Shown here: piece by piece, positions 8,961 through 18,757 of the stretch
How the letters are laid out: every line of letters begins with the position of its first letter
Position numbering within the stretch: the first letter of the stretch is position 1
Source of the DNA: a virus
Reading direction: 5' to 3' (one strand)
Length of the DNA stretch: 64,000 nucleotides
Virus record (IMG/VR): IMGVR_UViG_3300009159_000067
Coordinates: 2,922 to 66,921 of that record
The notes under the pieces: generated by a model
Database searches by the model: none
What the model was told of the DNA's origin: nothing
The model's input: only the letters and a program-made list of their open reading frames with translations
Translations under genes and position numbers: made by a program

Positions 8961-9392
8961 CTAATCGTTCTCTTTTTTTATTTGTGATTCTTTTGAATCC
9001 CAACCTTTAACTTTTTTATCTTCAACCCACCTACAAATTACCCTACTAATTTCAAGATTGGAATCATCTAAAAGAATCACATAATTGAACATTTTTTTTT
9101 GGTATAAAACATTAAAATTATATTTTTCTATTTTTTTTTCAAATTTAATTATTGGAAGAGTATCAATTGAGTTATTTATTTTTCGTATTAACATTTTTTT
9201 ATTAGTATCAACCGTTAGTTGTAAATTGGTTAACCCATGAGTTAAATATGATACCTGATCTTTAATAATTGCTTCGTTGGTTGTCATTATTGGATGCTCA
9301 AAATTTTGAATTTCAGTTACATAAAAAATCATCTTTTGTGAACGAGAATACATTGTTGATAAAACCAACATAATTGTAAAAATATATTTCAT
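8961..9392 (-). CDS. Secreted hypothetical protein
   Basis: Signal peptide ending SRS/Q; TATTTTTG promoter upstream. Confidence 0.6.
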   Translation of the reverse strand: MKYIFTIMLVLSTMYSRSQKMIFYVTEIQNFEHPIMTTNEAIIKDQVSYLTHGLTNLQLTVDTNKKMLIRKINNSIDTLPIIKFEKKIEKYNFNVLYQKKMFNYVILLDDSNLEISRVICRWVEDKKVKGWDSKESQIKKEND

Positions 9393-9491
9393 ATTAATTT
9401 GTTTTTACAAAAATACAAAAAAGAATAGTACAAACAAATATTTTTCCTTGTTTATTTAGTTATTTTGTTTTATTTTTTAAAAAAACAATTT

Positions 9492-9920
9492 ATGGCTAAA
9501 GTAAAAATTTCTACAGACAGAGGGGATATGATCGCAGAACTATACGATGAGACCCCAATTGCAACTAAAAACTTTTTGGATCTTATTGAGAAAAAATTCT
9601 ATGATGGATTAACTTTTCATAGGGTTATTCCTAATTTTGTAATTCAGGTCGGATGTCCTAAAGGAAATGGAACTGGAGGACCTGGTTATACAATTCCATG
9701 TGAAGTGACTGCTCCTAAACAATTCCACGATAGAGGTGTTCTTTCTATGGCTCATGCAGGAAGAAACACAGGAGGATCACAATTTTTCATTTGTCATAAT
9801 AGACAAGGAACTCAACATTTGGACGGAAATCATACTTGCTTTGGTAAGGTAGTTGAAGGTGTTGATATTGTTGATCAAATTAAACCAATGGATAAAATTA
9901 ATTCAATTTCGGTTTTATAA
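9492..9920 (+). CDS. Cyclophilin-type peptidyl-prolyl isomerase
   Basis: FYDGLTFHRVIPNFVIQ, GTGGPGY, LSMAHAG.NTGGSQFFI, HLDG.HT.FG. Confidence 0.95.
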   Translation: MAKVKISTDRGDMIAELYDETPIATKNFLDLIEKKFYDGLTFHRVIPNFVIQVGCPKGNGTGGPGYTIPCEVTAPKQFHDRGVLSMAHAGRNTGGSQFFICHNRQGTQHLDGNHTCFGKVVEGVDIVDQIKPMDKINSISVL

Positions 9921-9978
9921 TTAAAAAACCCTTTCTTATGAAGAGAGGGTTTTTATTTTGGTTTGAATATTTATTTAT

Positions 9979-10647
9979 ATGAAAAAACAAAAGGTAGTTG
10001 TATTAACAGAGCAAGATTTGGGATCTATTGTAAAAAAAATTTTAGATGTTCTTGGTGTATCATCTGATCAAATATTTGGTGATGATAAAAAAGAAGGAGG
10101 ATTAAAACAAGGAAAAGATCCTTCATTTACCGAATTAGATTTGAATTCAGGTGAAGGATATAATGCTTATAAAGAAATTGCAGATAAATTTATAGATACC
10201 AGATCTTCAAATTTATTAAATATAAATGGAGATATGTTAGCCAGTGCGGCAAAAAGTGCTTATAGTCAATATGGTAATTATGTCCCACCTGAATTAGCTT
10301 TGGGTCAATTAGCGGCTGAAGGAGGATTTTCAAAAAACCCTAATGCAAGACCAATTAAAACAAAAAATCCATTTAATGTCGGTAATGTTGATTCAGGAAA
10401 AAATGTTTATGAATCATCAGTTCAAAACGGAATTCAACGGTATTACGATTTAATTGCAAAAAATTATTTAACCGGTGGTAAAACCGCATCTGATTTAATA
10501 AAAAATTTTGTGAATAAGAATGGTAATAGATATGCAACTGGAACAGAATATGAAAATCTTGTTGGAAAAATAGCAAACTCTGTGAAGTCAATATCTGAAC
10601 CAATATATGCATCTTTAGTTAAAAAAGCGTCTTCAGATATTTCGTAA
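9979..10647 (+). CDS. GH73/glucosaminidase-like peptidoglycan hydrolase with leader
   Basis: [17 protein letters not shown] and YAT motifs; VLTEQDL leader. Confidence 0.65.
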   Translation: MKKQKVVVLTEQDLGSIVKKILDVLGVSSDQIFGDDKKEGGLKQGKDPSFTELDLNSGEGYNAYKEIADKFIDTRSSNLLNINGDMLASAAKSAYSQYGNYVPPELALGQLAAEGGFSKNPNARPIKTKNPFNVGNVDSGKNVYESSVQNGIQRYYDLIAKNYLTGGKTASDLIKNFVNKNGNRYATGTEYENLVGKIANSVKSISEPIYASLVKKASSDIS

Positions 10648-10649
10648 TT

Positions 10650-11132
10650 ATGGATTTAAAAAAAATTGAAAATTTTAAAAAAATAATTTATTTTAAATTA
10701 AATTTAGACCTTTTTGATAAAGTAATAAAACCTTACGCTGGAGAATTTTGGGTAATTGATCCTAAAGACAATAAATGGTTTTTACGATTTACCAATCAAG
10801 GTGAATTACGATACAATCAAACTTTTTTCAATAATTTCTTTTCACTATTTTCTTTAGAATTTAAAGAATTTCAACCATTTATAAAAGATTGGTTTGAATA
10901 TAACTTTGATCTTTCTGTTAATGAAGTTCAAAGAGTAAATTCTATTCATGATTACTTTGTTATCAACATAATAAACAATGAAAAACCTTGGTCTATAAAA
11001 GACAGGAATGGATTTGCATATTATTTTGTTAAAAAATATTTGGACTTACAAAAAAATATTAAAGAATCCGATGTTATTATTGAACATTACATAAGAGACT
11101 ATAATACAACACCAACTCCAATTTCAATATAA
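10650..11132 (+). CDS. Hypothetical protein, distant WKPIFxEWF family
   Basis: FQPFIKDWFEYNFDLSV. Confidence 0.6.
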   Translation: MDLKKIENFKKIIYFKLNLDLFDKVIKPYAGEFWVIDPKDNKWFLRFTNQGELRYNQTFFNNFFSLFSLEFKEFQPFIKDWFEYNFDLSVNEVQRVNSIHDYFVINIINNEKPWSIKDRNGFAYYFVKKYLDLQKNIKESDVIIEHYIRDYNTTPTPISI

Positions 11133-11950
11133 TCTCTAACAAAATTATAGTCCGCCTTTAATGAAAGATGTTTAATATCTTTAATAACACCCACTTTCAC
11201 TGAAAAATATCTATCTGTAAAGTTTTGAAACGAGTAATTTCCGTTATTAGATAGAATTTTTAATTCATCGTAATATTGGTATTTGTTTATTTCTTTTCCA
11301 AATCCAATTAACGCATGAACATTAATTGTTTCCATATTTCTTCCAAGTCCGGCATGAAATGACCAATCGTCAGATAGATTTGATAATTTTTTGTCATCCC
11401 AAGGTAAAACTTGATCCATTGTTAGATCTGAATAATAAGTTGAATGATCTTTTTGTGTAGATTTGGAAAATTCTGTAATAAAGTAGTTTTTATTTCCTAT
11501 TGTAAGCCATCCACCGACCATTTTTTTGTTATTATATGACACACCAAATCTAACATTTGTTTTTTGACCTCTAATTGTGTCTTTTGTTCCATTTTCATAG
11601 ATATAAATCCTTGCTGGTTGTCTATAACCAAATCTATCGTAATAAAACCAATTGTCATAATAACTATACCCGCCTAAAGGAGCTCCCCACCTGTTCCATC
11701 TATTACCCCAACCAAAATTGTAGTAAGGATCCGAATAATATGGGTATTGTGGATGATAATTAGGTCTTGGTCTTGGGTTATGATCGTAATTTTGGGTTGA
11801 ATTTTCTCTAACTGTATTTTTTTGAAACGATTCGCTAGATCTTTGAGTTGAAAATGAACTATTATTTCTTATTGACAACTTCTGACCTCTTTCTGATTGA
11901 GAAACTCCAAAAATTGGAATTAACATCATAAAAAATATAATTTTTTTCAT
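11099..11950 (-). CDS. Secreted protein, possible outer-membrane beta-barrel
   Basis: Signal peptide, Y/W/G-rich linker, amphipathic beta strands ending IEIGVGVVL. Confidence 0.55.
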   Translation of the reverse strand: MKKIIFFMMLIPIFGVSQSERGQKLSIRNNSSFSTQRSSESFQKNTVRENSTQNYDHNPRPRPNYHPQYPYYSDPYYNFGWGNRWNRWGAPLGGYSYYDNWFYYDRFGYRQPARIYIYENGTKDTIRGQKTNVRFGVSYNNKKMVGGWLTIGNKNYFITEFSKSTQKDHSTYYSDLTMDQVLPWDDKKLSNLSDDWSFHAGLGRNMETINVHALIGFGKEINKYQYYDELKILSNNGNYSFQNFTDRYFSVKVGVIKDIKHLSLKADYNFVRDYIEIGVGVVL

Positions 11951-11978
11951 ATGTGATTTGTTTTATATTTATAAATAT

Positions 11979-12257
11979 ATGAAAAGAACAATTAAAATAA
12001 CTATAAAGGAGTCAGAATTGGTAAAACTGATTGAAACCGCGATGGATACTGACATTTATAATCAAACTATGGACACACCTGCTAGCACACCAAATGAAGA
12101 TGAAAGTGATTCAATTGAAACTGTTATAGAAAGATTGAAAGAATTGTTAAGTATGTTAAAAACAGGAAAAAAGTTAAGGACTGATGCAAGAACTCAAATT
12201 TTTAACAATTTGGATCAAATAAATCAAACTTATAATAAAATTAAATACGATAAGTAA
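11979..12257 (+). CDS. Leader-bearing small protein
   Basis: ITIKESELVKLIE; TATTTAT upstream. Confidence 0.65.
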   Translation: MKRTIKITIKESELVKLIETAMDTDIYNQTMDTPASTPNEDESDSIETVIERLKELLSMLKTGKKLRTDARTQIFNNLDQINQTYNKIKYDK

Positions 12258-12297
12258 TTTACATAAACGGGATAACCCTTACAATTAAAAAAAACGC

Positions 12298-12489
12298 ATG
12301 CAAAATCTATCAATGGAACAAAAAGCAAAAATGTATAATCAACTATTATTCAAATATCAAAGACTTCAAGAACAAGTTAGACAAATTAAAGCGGAAGACA
12401 TCAATCTTTCAGAACAAAATCAAAGAAAAATTGATCTTTTGGAAAAAGAAATGAAAGTTGTGTATAGTCAGACACAAAGATTATACTAA
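12298..12489 (+). CDS. Small coiled-coil protein
   Basis: ORF with heptad pattern. Confidence 0.6.
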   Translation: MQNLSMEQKAKMYNQLLFKYQRLQEQVRQIKAEDINLSEQNQRKIDLLEKEMKVVYSQTQRLY

Positions 12490-13121
12490 AAAAATTTAAA
12501 TCCTGTGAGTTTGGTTATTTTTGTTAATGGAACCTCGTTGTTATCTATACCATCGGGTTTGGAATCGTCATTTTTAAATAGATACGCGACAAATTTATTG
12601 GGTTGTTTAAAGTAAACCACTTTCCAACAATATTCAGGAACAGAAACGGTTCCTATTTTTTTAATTTCTCCAATGTTTCCGGCCCATACATGGATTGAAT
12701 CAATATTTTGGGCAAATTCCCTTGTTAAAGTTTCCAATGATTTCCAATCACCAGCATTTAATGAATGTTTTTGTGCTGACATATTTGAAAAATAAAAGCA
12801 TTCATCTTGAATTTCTTGAGTTTGGCATAAATTGTCTGCCGCTGGCATCATATGACCTCTATCATACCCACTGTGAACATAATCATTTAATAAATCAGTT
12901 TCTTTGGGTAATTTTGGATCTGGCTTGAAATTATCCTTCCTTTTTAATGGTTTATCGCAATTAACCATTTTTTTTGTTATCCACCATTCAACTAAAACTG
13001 GATATTTTTTTGTTTTATTAAAAACTGAAATATAATTGGTATGTTTAAGTCTGACTGTATCTTGAGAAAGCGCAAAACTTGCAAAAAATACAAGTTTTGA
13101 TAATAGAATAATTTTTTTCAT
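12486..13121 (-). CDS. Secreted DNA/RNA non-specific endonuclease (NucA/Serratia family)
   Basis: Signal peptide; SGYDRGHMMPA, FYFSNM..Q...LN.G.W..LE. Confidence 0.9.
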   Translation of the reverse strand: MKKIILLSKLVFFASFALSQDTVRLKHTNYISVFNKTKKYPVLVEWWITKKMVNCDKPLKRKDNFKPDPKLPKETDLLNDYVHSGYDRGHMMPAADNLCQTQEIQDECFYFSNMSAQKHSLNAGDWKSLETLTREFAQNIDSIHVWAGNIGEIKKIGTVSVPEYCWKVVYFKQPNKFVAYLFKNDDSKPDGIDNNEVPLTKITKLTGFKFF

Positions 13122-13141
13122 CTTTATAAATATTTATTAAT

Positions 13142-13642
13142 ATGGCAATTAAATTTCAAATAACAGAAGAAGAAAAAAAAGAGATAAGAAAAAATTATTT
13201 TTTCGAACAATCAGAGAAAAAGGGCGGTGATAGAAAGTTCTGTCATAGCGGTAATGTAAAATCATTAGAAGAGATCGTAGGCGAGGAAGATGGTCAAGAT
13301 TATATCGAAGGAGTTAAATTAAGAAATGGTGGCATTAACGGTCTTGCTGATCGTCTTGAACTATTAAAGACTTTAAGACTACATCCTAAAGTTTCTGATG
13401 GTGGAGAACATCTTGCTTTCGAGATAATGAACAATCTTAAAACTTTCAAACCATACAATTATTTTGATGAGGCTAAAAAAGAATGTGGAAGTGCAATGGA
13501 TAAAATAATTGAACTTTATAAAGAGAACGATCACGGAGAAGAATTGGTTAAAGACATTGAAAAAGTTTATGGATTGTCTCATGTTTCACCAAGAGCAAAG
13601 GAATTTTTGAAACACGGAATGAATATGATAAAAGGTCAATAA
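13142..13642 (+). CDS. Leader-bearing hypothetical protein
   Basis: FQITEEEKKEIRKNYFFEQ. Confidence 0.7.
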   Translation: MAIKFQITEEEKKEIRKNYFFEQSEKKGGDRKFCHSGNVKSLEEIVGEEDGQDYIEGVKLRNGGINGLADRLELLKTLRLHPKVSDGGEHLAFEIMNNLKTFKPYNYFDEAKKECGSAMDKIIELYKENDHGEELVKDIEKVYGLSHVSPRAKEFLKHGMNMIKGQ

Positions 13643-13698
13643 CTTGAAATTCAAATTAAATAAATTATAATTTAAGTCCCAACATTGGGACTTTTTTT

Positions 13699-14082
13699 AT
13701 GTCCACACAATCACATATCGACAAGGTTAATTTGCAACCAATGATAATCCCATATCCGACACATGTCGGAGCACCCAAAATTGAACCCCAGGATTTGACG
13801 GCCTTTAAAAGACAAGGATTAACTAAAATGGATCGGGTGATGAAGAAACGATTCGATGAGATCGTTAAAGAGGCAGAAACCCTCCAAAAATCGATGATGC
13901 TAAATCAGGAGATATATGAGTCGAGATATAAATTTGAACCCATTATTGGGGACATATATCACTTATACGAAGATTCTGATGGTGGTAATACATTATCTAT
14001 CATTGGACCCACTGAATGGAAAAAAAAATATCTTTATTCTGTTATTTTTAATTCTGATATGACTTGGTCAAAATTAGATTAA
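13699..14082 (+). CDS. DUF2452-like protein
   Basis: PYPT.VGAPKI, FEP.IG.IYHLY, LSII.P.EW. Confidence 0.7.
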   Translation: MSTQSHIDKVNLQPMIIPYPTHVGAPKIEPQDLTAFKRQGLTKMDRVMKKRFDEIVKEAETLQKSMMLNQEIYESRYKFEPIIGDIYHLYEDSDGGNTLSIIGPTEWKKKYLYSVIFNSDMTWSKLD

Positions 14083-14231
14083 AATTTCCTAGAACTAGTA
14101 CTAGTATTTTATATTTTTCTTAATTTTTTATAAATCTTATTATTATTCTATAAGAATAATAATTATTGCCCTTCCGACAAAAAGTCAGTTTTTTGTAAAA
14201 AAAGTAATATTTATTTCTAAACTAACTTTAC

Positions 14232-14540
14232 ATGCAGCAAGAATCGTTTTGGACAGTCGCAATCACAATCGTCACAGTTTTAGGATCCGCAAGTGCTTGG
14301 AGATTTTACGAAAAGAGAGCAATGAGAAAAGAAAGAGATGAAGAATTTATTCGTCACGATTGTAGAGATAGGATTGCAAAATTAGAAGCTTTACTTGAAG
14401 CAAGTAGTGATGAGAAAGATGAAATGAGAGCAACAATTTTGAAACTAACGGAACAAGTCTCAGCACTTGCCGTTAAAGTTGATTTTCTTCAGAAAGAAAA
14501 CAGTGAACTCCTAAAGGCGTTGAATAAAAATAGTTTATAA
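14232..14540 (+). CDS. Single-TM coiled-coil protein (holin-like)
   Basis: N-terminal TM followed by a long heptad repeat. Confidence 0.55.
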   Translation: MQQESFWTVAITIVTVLGSASAWRFYEKRAMRKERDEEFIRHDCRDRIAKLEALLEASSDEKDEMRATILKLTEQVSALAVKVDFLQKENSELLKALNKNSL

Positions 14541-14542
14541 AA

Positions 14543-14827
14543 CTATACATCCCAACCTACTATAACCTTAACATAGTGTTCCGGATAAAAATACACCAAA
14601 GCATCTTGAATTAAAACATCAGCAAGTTTGCGATCCAAGACTTCTTCGTTAATTGTTTCAGATAAAACAATTTTAACTTCTGCTAAAATACATTTTTGAG
14701 AATTGATATATTCTAAACTACGGACTTTGATTTTTGCACCCTTACCATAATATTCTTCCACAGATTTTTTTTGATAATCGTTGATGTAGTATTCGATAAG
14801 GTCAAACAATTTCCGTTTCTTATCCAT
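14543..14827 (-). CDS. Hypothetical protein
   Basis: ORF. Confidence 0.6.
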   Translation of the reverse strand: MDKKRKLFDLIEYYINDYQKKSVEEYYGKGAKIKVRSLEYINSQKCILAEVKIVLSETINEEVLDRKLADVLIQDALVYFYPEHYVKVIVGWDV

Positions 14828-14864
14828 AATAAGAAAAATAAAAGATTATTAGAGAAATTATATA

Positions 14865-14999
14865 CTAATTGCGACCTTGTCCTCTATAGTTTTTTTCGCT
14901 TCTATCGTGTTTGTTAAAACTTTTTTTAGCTTTACCTGTTGTTTTTTTACCAAAGCCAACTTTTCTTGATTCACCGAGAGATTTTCCACCTTTTGCCAT
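14865..14999 (-). CDS. Small Lys/Gly-rich basic peptide (44 aa)
   Basis: MAKGGKSLGESRKVGFGKKTTGKAKKSFNKHDRSEKNYRGQGRN; TATTTAT upstream. Confidence 0.6.
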   Translation of the reverse strand: MAKGGKSLGESRKVGFGKKTTGKAKKSFNKHDRSEKNYRGQGRN

Positions 15000-15048
15000 A
15001 TTATAATTTTATGAATAAATAGTTCATAACGCTAATATTTATATTGAT

Positions 15049-15678
15049 ATGAATTATCTTATAACAGAAAATCAATTGGCTCTTTTAATCAAAGAATCTG
15101 AAGAATCCAAAATTGAAAATAAAATAAAGTCTTTAGGATCCTTCGCAAAAGAAGTTTGGGATAAGTCTGGTCTTTTGAGAAAATTGAATTTGAAGTTTTG
15201 GTCCACTTGGGGAACTGCAATGGGAGGATTCATAAAACCTTTAAGTGATTTTGTTGAAACACAAAATTTAAGTTTAACACCACAACAAATAGCTGTAATA
15301 TTGGTTGGAGTCACAACAAGTTATTTTTTCCAAAATGAGGAAGAGTTCAAAAAAATCTATCAGGTCATTAAAGAAGAAGGATTGGAAGAAATCTATGATA
15401 AAGTTTCTTTAAAGGCCAAAGATCTTAAAAGAGGATTTTTGAATTTTATGAAAAGCTTAAATGTTAGTTTTTCTACAATCACTGAAATGATGCATTATTC
15501 TTTTCTGATTCCAATCATTTCAGACCTACAAACATTATCTACAGGAGCGACTGATCTATCTTCAACAGCACTTATGATTGCCAAAAGAATATTAGCATCT
15601 GAAACCGTTTTAATTTCAGGATCGTTTTTAGTCAAAGTAATTGATAGAATACTTAAAAAATTTTCAACAGAAAAATGA
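15049..15678 (+). CDS. Leader-bearing helical protein (paralog of 28840..29463)
   Basis: MNYLITENQL; TWGTAMGG..PL. Confidence 0.75.
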   Translation: MNYLITENQLALLIKESEESKIENKIKSLGSFAKEVWDKSGLLRKLNLKFWSTWGTAMGGFIKPLSDFVETQNLSLTPQQIAVILVGVTTSYFFQNEEEFKKIYQVIKEEGLEEIYDKVSLKAKDLKRGFLNFMKSLNVSFSTITEMMHYSFLIPIISDLQTLSTGATDLSSTALMIAKRILASETVLISGSFLVKVIDRILKKFSTEK

Positions 15679-15965
15679 TCTTATCTGAAAACGATAAAAA
15701 AGAAATATTAGCAAAATATACAGGTGAAACCTCAAATGAGGTTTTGACTCACCTGAAAAGAAACTTCCCCACTTATGATTTTCAACTTAAATGGATGGAA
15801 AAACCTTTAAGACAAATACTTGTTGATGACAAGCTAGTTATTTTAGAAAAAAACAAGAAATATTTGGTTGGAAAAATATTTTCCACCATAGAAAATCAAT
15901 TCCCCCATATCGAAAAGTCAGTTTTGAGAAGAACAATAAAGAAATATTTGGATGGTATAAAATAA
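15675..15965 (+). CDS. Leader-bearing hypothetical protein
   Basis: MILSENDKKEIL. Confidence 0.65.
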   Translation: MILSENDKKEILAKYTGETSNEVLTHLKRNFPTYDFQLKWMEKPLRQILVDDKLVILEKNKKYLVGKIFSTIENQFPHIEKSVLRRTIKKYLDGIK

Positions 15966-16004
15966 TAAATTTGATTGTTTAAAAAAGTTTATCTAACTTT
16001 GTAT

Positions 16005-16052
16005 AGAGTTTGAAACTTATAGGAGATGAAAGATACTCGGTATTCAAATTTA
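16005..16052 (+). ncRNA. Candidate single-hairpin small RNA
   Basis: TAACTTTG promoter 15994-16001; GAGTTTGAA/TTCAAATTT stem enclosing GATGAAAGATAC. Confidence 0.4.
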
Positions 16053-16111
16053 AATTGTTCTTTCAAAATTTGATTTTCTAAAAATGATTTCTTACTTTTG
16101 TAAGACAAATT

Positions 16112-16207
16112 GGTTGAGGTAGCTCAGTTGTGTGGCATTACCACACATAGGTAGAGCATCCGTCTGAACGCGGTGTGCCAGTGGTTCGATTCCACTCCCA
16201 ACCACCA
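16112..16207 (+). tRNA. Aberrant tRNA-Phe(GAA)-like RNA with D-loop hairpin insertion
   Basis: Acceptor GGTTG(A)GG/CCCAACC, T-arm AGTGG-TTCGATT-CCACT, encoded CCA; 6-nt anticodon loop CTGAAC. Confidence 0.65.
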
Positions 16208-16282
16208 AATTATCCAAATTTATTTGGAAATTTTGATCAGCAAGGTTTGACAGTTTGAAATAAACTTGTTATCTTTGTAAAA

Positions 16283-16597
16283 GAAAATCGGACAGAGAGT
16301 TTTTATGAAGTGGTGGTTCCCCATACTCACCCAGTAAACCTTCCAACCTCTCTTAAATAAAAAAAATGGTTTCAAATAAAACACGGGCAGTTTATTAGAA
16401 TGGTCAACTTTTCCTAACTGTAATCAGGATAAACAAACCAAAGTTTTTTGTCGCGTTTTTTTTCTTTGATAAAAAAACAAAGTATGTCCAACTTTAGGGT
16501 CTTGTTGTTCACCCAGCTAAAAAAACACTAACTTGTCTTGACGGAGACATCACCTCGGCGGGGGTTTGGGGAGAACGGTAGTTCTCCCCTTTTTTTT
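16283..16597 (+). ncRNA. Candidate ~310-nt structured ncRNA
   Basis: TATCTTTG promoter 16270-16277, no substantial ORF, several stems, terminator 16568-16597. Confidence 0.5.
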
Positions 16598-16643
16598 ACA
16601 TTTAATAATTTGAAGATATTTATACATAGTAAATTACCAAGCT

Positions 16644-16901
16644 ATGAAAAAATTTTTTAACGATCTATTCAATGATCAAAATTCAATTAATGAAAAAGCA
16701 GTTATTGGTTTTTTAGCTTTCTGTATGATGTGCGTGTTTGCAGTAGCAGATATAGTTACAGGAACTATGAACAAACCGTTAGTAATAAATGAGTTTATAT
16801 ATGACTCATTTAAAATACTAACAATTGCTTGTTTTGGAATTGCTTCAGTTGATAAGTTTATCACTCTGACTAAAGGAAAAAAAGAAGACACTGAAGAGTA
16901 A
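16644..16901 (+). CDS. Two-TM membrane protein (holin-like)
   Basis: Two hydrophobic helices and a charged tail. Confidence 0.6.
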   Translation: MKKFFNDLFNDQNSINEKAVIGFLAFCMMCVFAVADIVTGTMNKPLVINEFIYDSFKILTIACFGIASVDKFITLTKGKKEDTEE

Positions 16902-16960
16902 AAAACTGAATCCCCACCTATGAGTGGGGATTTTTGTTTATTATTGGTATTTATATTGAT

Positions 16961-17896
16961 ATGAATATCATCCTAAAAGAGCAACAAGTTTTAATTTTGG
17001 AAAATAACTACGAATCGTGGGGATGTAATTTATTTCCTGACAATTCTGAAAAAAAAGAATGGTGTAAAAACGCTCAAAATAAAATAATATACAATTTTTC
17101 AAAAGTTCAAGAACAAATAGACAAAATTGGTGATCATTTGAAAAATGATGAAGAAATTTCTTATAGAGAAAAAGTTAAATATTATATGTCAGGAGACACA
17201 TTTTTTGACGATAATGTTAATAATTTGAATTTGGCGGAAGAACTCATTTCGCCTACATGTGAAAAAGGAAAAAAATCTATTGATAATTTTAAAGCCGATT
17301 TATCTAAAAAGTTTTTATTCGTTGACAAAATCAATAATAAATTTAAATATAGTAAGCTAACCAGATTGAATTCTAATTATAGTGCTTTAGCATATCTCTT
17401 AACAGAATTTAGAGATAGAAAAAAATTAGTTGGAAATACATTTAAAGAAATATTTGAATCTTATTTTGAAACCCCTACTGATACATTAAAAGAAAGTCCA
17501 TTTTTTAATCTGATAATACATTATTTCTCAAATAAAAAAGAAGCTATTGAAATAATGGAAAATGTATTAAAAACAATAAAAGGAACTGATGATATGGGTC
17601 GTGCGTCAGAAGAACAAGGTTTTGAATTCTTGTCTAGTCATTTTGGGTCAGAAAATATTAAAGTTTTTAGTGGTGATTTTTCTTGGCCTGATTTTTTAGG
17701 GATAGATATGTTAATTAATGAAAAAGATTTAGGATGGGGGTGGGTACCTGTTCAAGTTAAAACTAGTATTGGAAGTTGTAGACCTAATCGTAAATTTTGT
17801 AAAAATATTTGTATTGGAAAAGATAAATCTAAAAATTATAATTGGGACTATAGAATTTATGATGGGGAAAAAGAACTTCATCCTTCTGAAATTTAA
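16961..17896 (+). CDS. Leader-bearing protein with probable C-terminal PD-(D/E)xK nuclease domain
   Basis: IILKEQQ..ILEN leader; GRASEE...DFLGIDML...VQVKT. Confidence 0.55.
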   Translation: MNIILKEQQVLILENNYESWGCNLFPDNSEKKEWCKNAQNKIIYNFSKVQEQIDKIGDHLKNDEEISYREKVKYYMSGDTFFDDNVNNLNLAEELISPTCEKGKKSIDNFKADLSKKFLFVDKINNKFKYSKLTRLNSNYSALAYLLTEFRDRKKLVGNTFKEIFESYFETPTDTLKESPFFNLIIHYFSNKKEAIEIMENVLKTIKGTDDMGRASEEQGFEFLSSHFGSENIKVFSGDFSWPDFLGIDMLINEKDLGWGWVPVQVKTSIGSCRPNRKFCKNICIGKDKSKNYNWDYRIYDGEKELHPSEI

Positions 17897-17917
17897 TTTT
17901 TTAATTACTTTTGCATC

Positions 17918-18148
17918 ATGGCAGTATCAGTAAATCAAAAAGAAGTCGTAAAACCGACCAAATGGGAAGTCGTATATGAAGACGACGAATGTATTTCTAT
18001 TTGGAAATATAATACAAATAAAACAACTTCGGGTCCTGTTGAAGTTGAATACAAATGGAAAAGATCATTTAATCCTTGGGACAAAAAGGCAAAGAAAACA
18101 CTTGGAGATCTTGTTAAGGAAGAGAAGAAAAAATTAAAGGGATCTTAA
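17918..18148 (+). CDS. Hypothetical protein
   Basis: ORF after TACTTTTG promoter 17906-17913. Confidence 0.65.
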   Translation: MAVSVNQKEVVKPTKWEVVYEDDECISIWKYNTNKTTSGPVEVEYKWKRSFNPWDKKAKKTLGDLVKEEKKKLKGS

Positions 18149-18757
18149 TTTATTTTCTATAATTGATTTTAACTTAAGAAGAGTTTTTTTATCTAAAGTG
18201 TCTAAAACCGGTGTTTTATTTTCTAAAATCATTTTGGTAAAAATAGATTCATTCATTTTAGAATCTATTGGTTGTACATCCTCAATTGTCCAATCACTCA
18301 TTTCATGATTATCATATTCAGTGTTGATATTTCTTCCTTCAAACATATTCCAATTTCCGTCTCGTTCATCTTGATATAATGAATCTTTAACCCAATTTTT
18401 ATCGTAGCATGTTACTTTATCTTCAAGATATTCGGTATAAGTGCAACTACCCCAAACATAATAATCAACTTTATATTCTTTAGGTATTGGTATTATGAGT
18501 TTATCATAAAGAGATTTGTCTTTTGTTTGATATATTTCTGATAATACGGGAAAATTTATTTTCATAAATTTGGCTAAAAATTGAAAATCTTCAGATGAAA
18601 CTACTTCTCCAAAATATTTCATAATATTTTCCAATTTTACAAAATTTTTCTCAGCCTCATCGTAAGGTTCTTCAAATTCAAAATCCGCATCAATAAGTGC
18701 TTTTGACATTAATACTAATTTAGACTTTGGAAATTTTGAAAAAGTACTTTGTATCAT
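18134..18757 (-). CDS. Hypothetical protein
   Basis: ATG after TATTTAT; C-terminal MNES..ILEN segment. Confidence 0.65.
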   Translation of the reverse strand: MIQSTFSKFPKSKLVLMSKALIDADFEFEEPYDEAEKNFVKLENIMKYFGEVVSSEDFQFLAKFMKINFPVLSEIYQTKDKSLYDKLIIPIPKEYKVDYYVWGSCTYTEYLEDKVTCYDKNWVKDSLYQDERDGNWNMFEGRNINTEYDNHEMSDWTIEDVQPIDSKMNESIFTKMILENKTPVLDTLDKKTLLKLKSIIENKLRSL

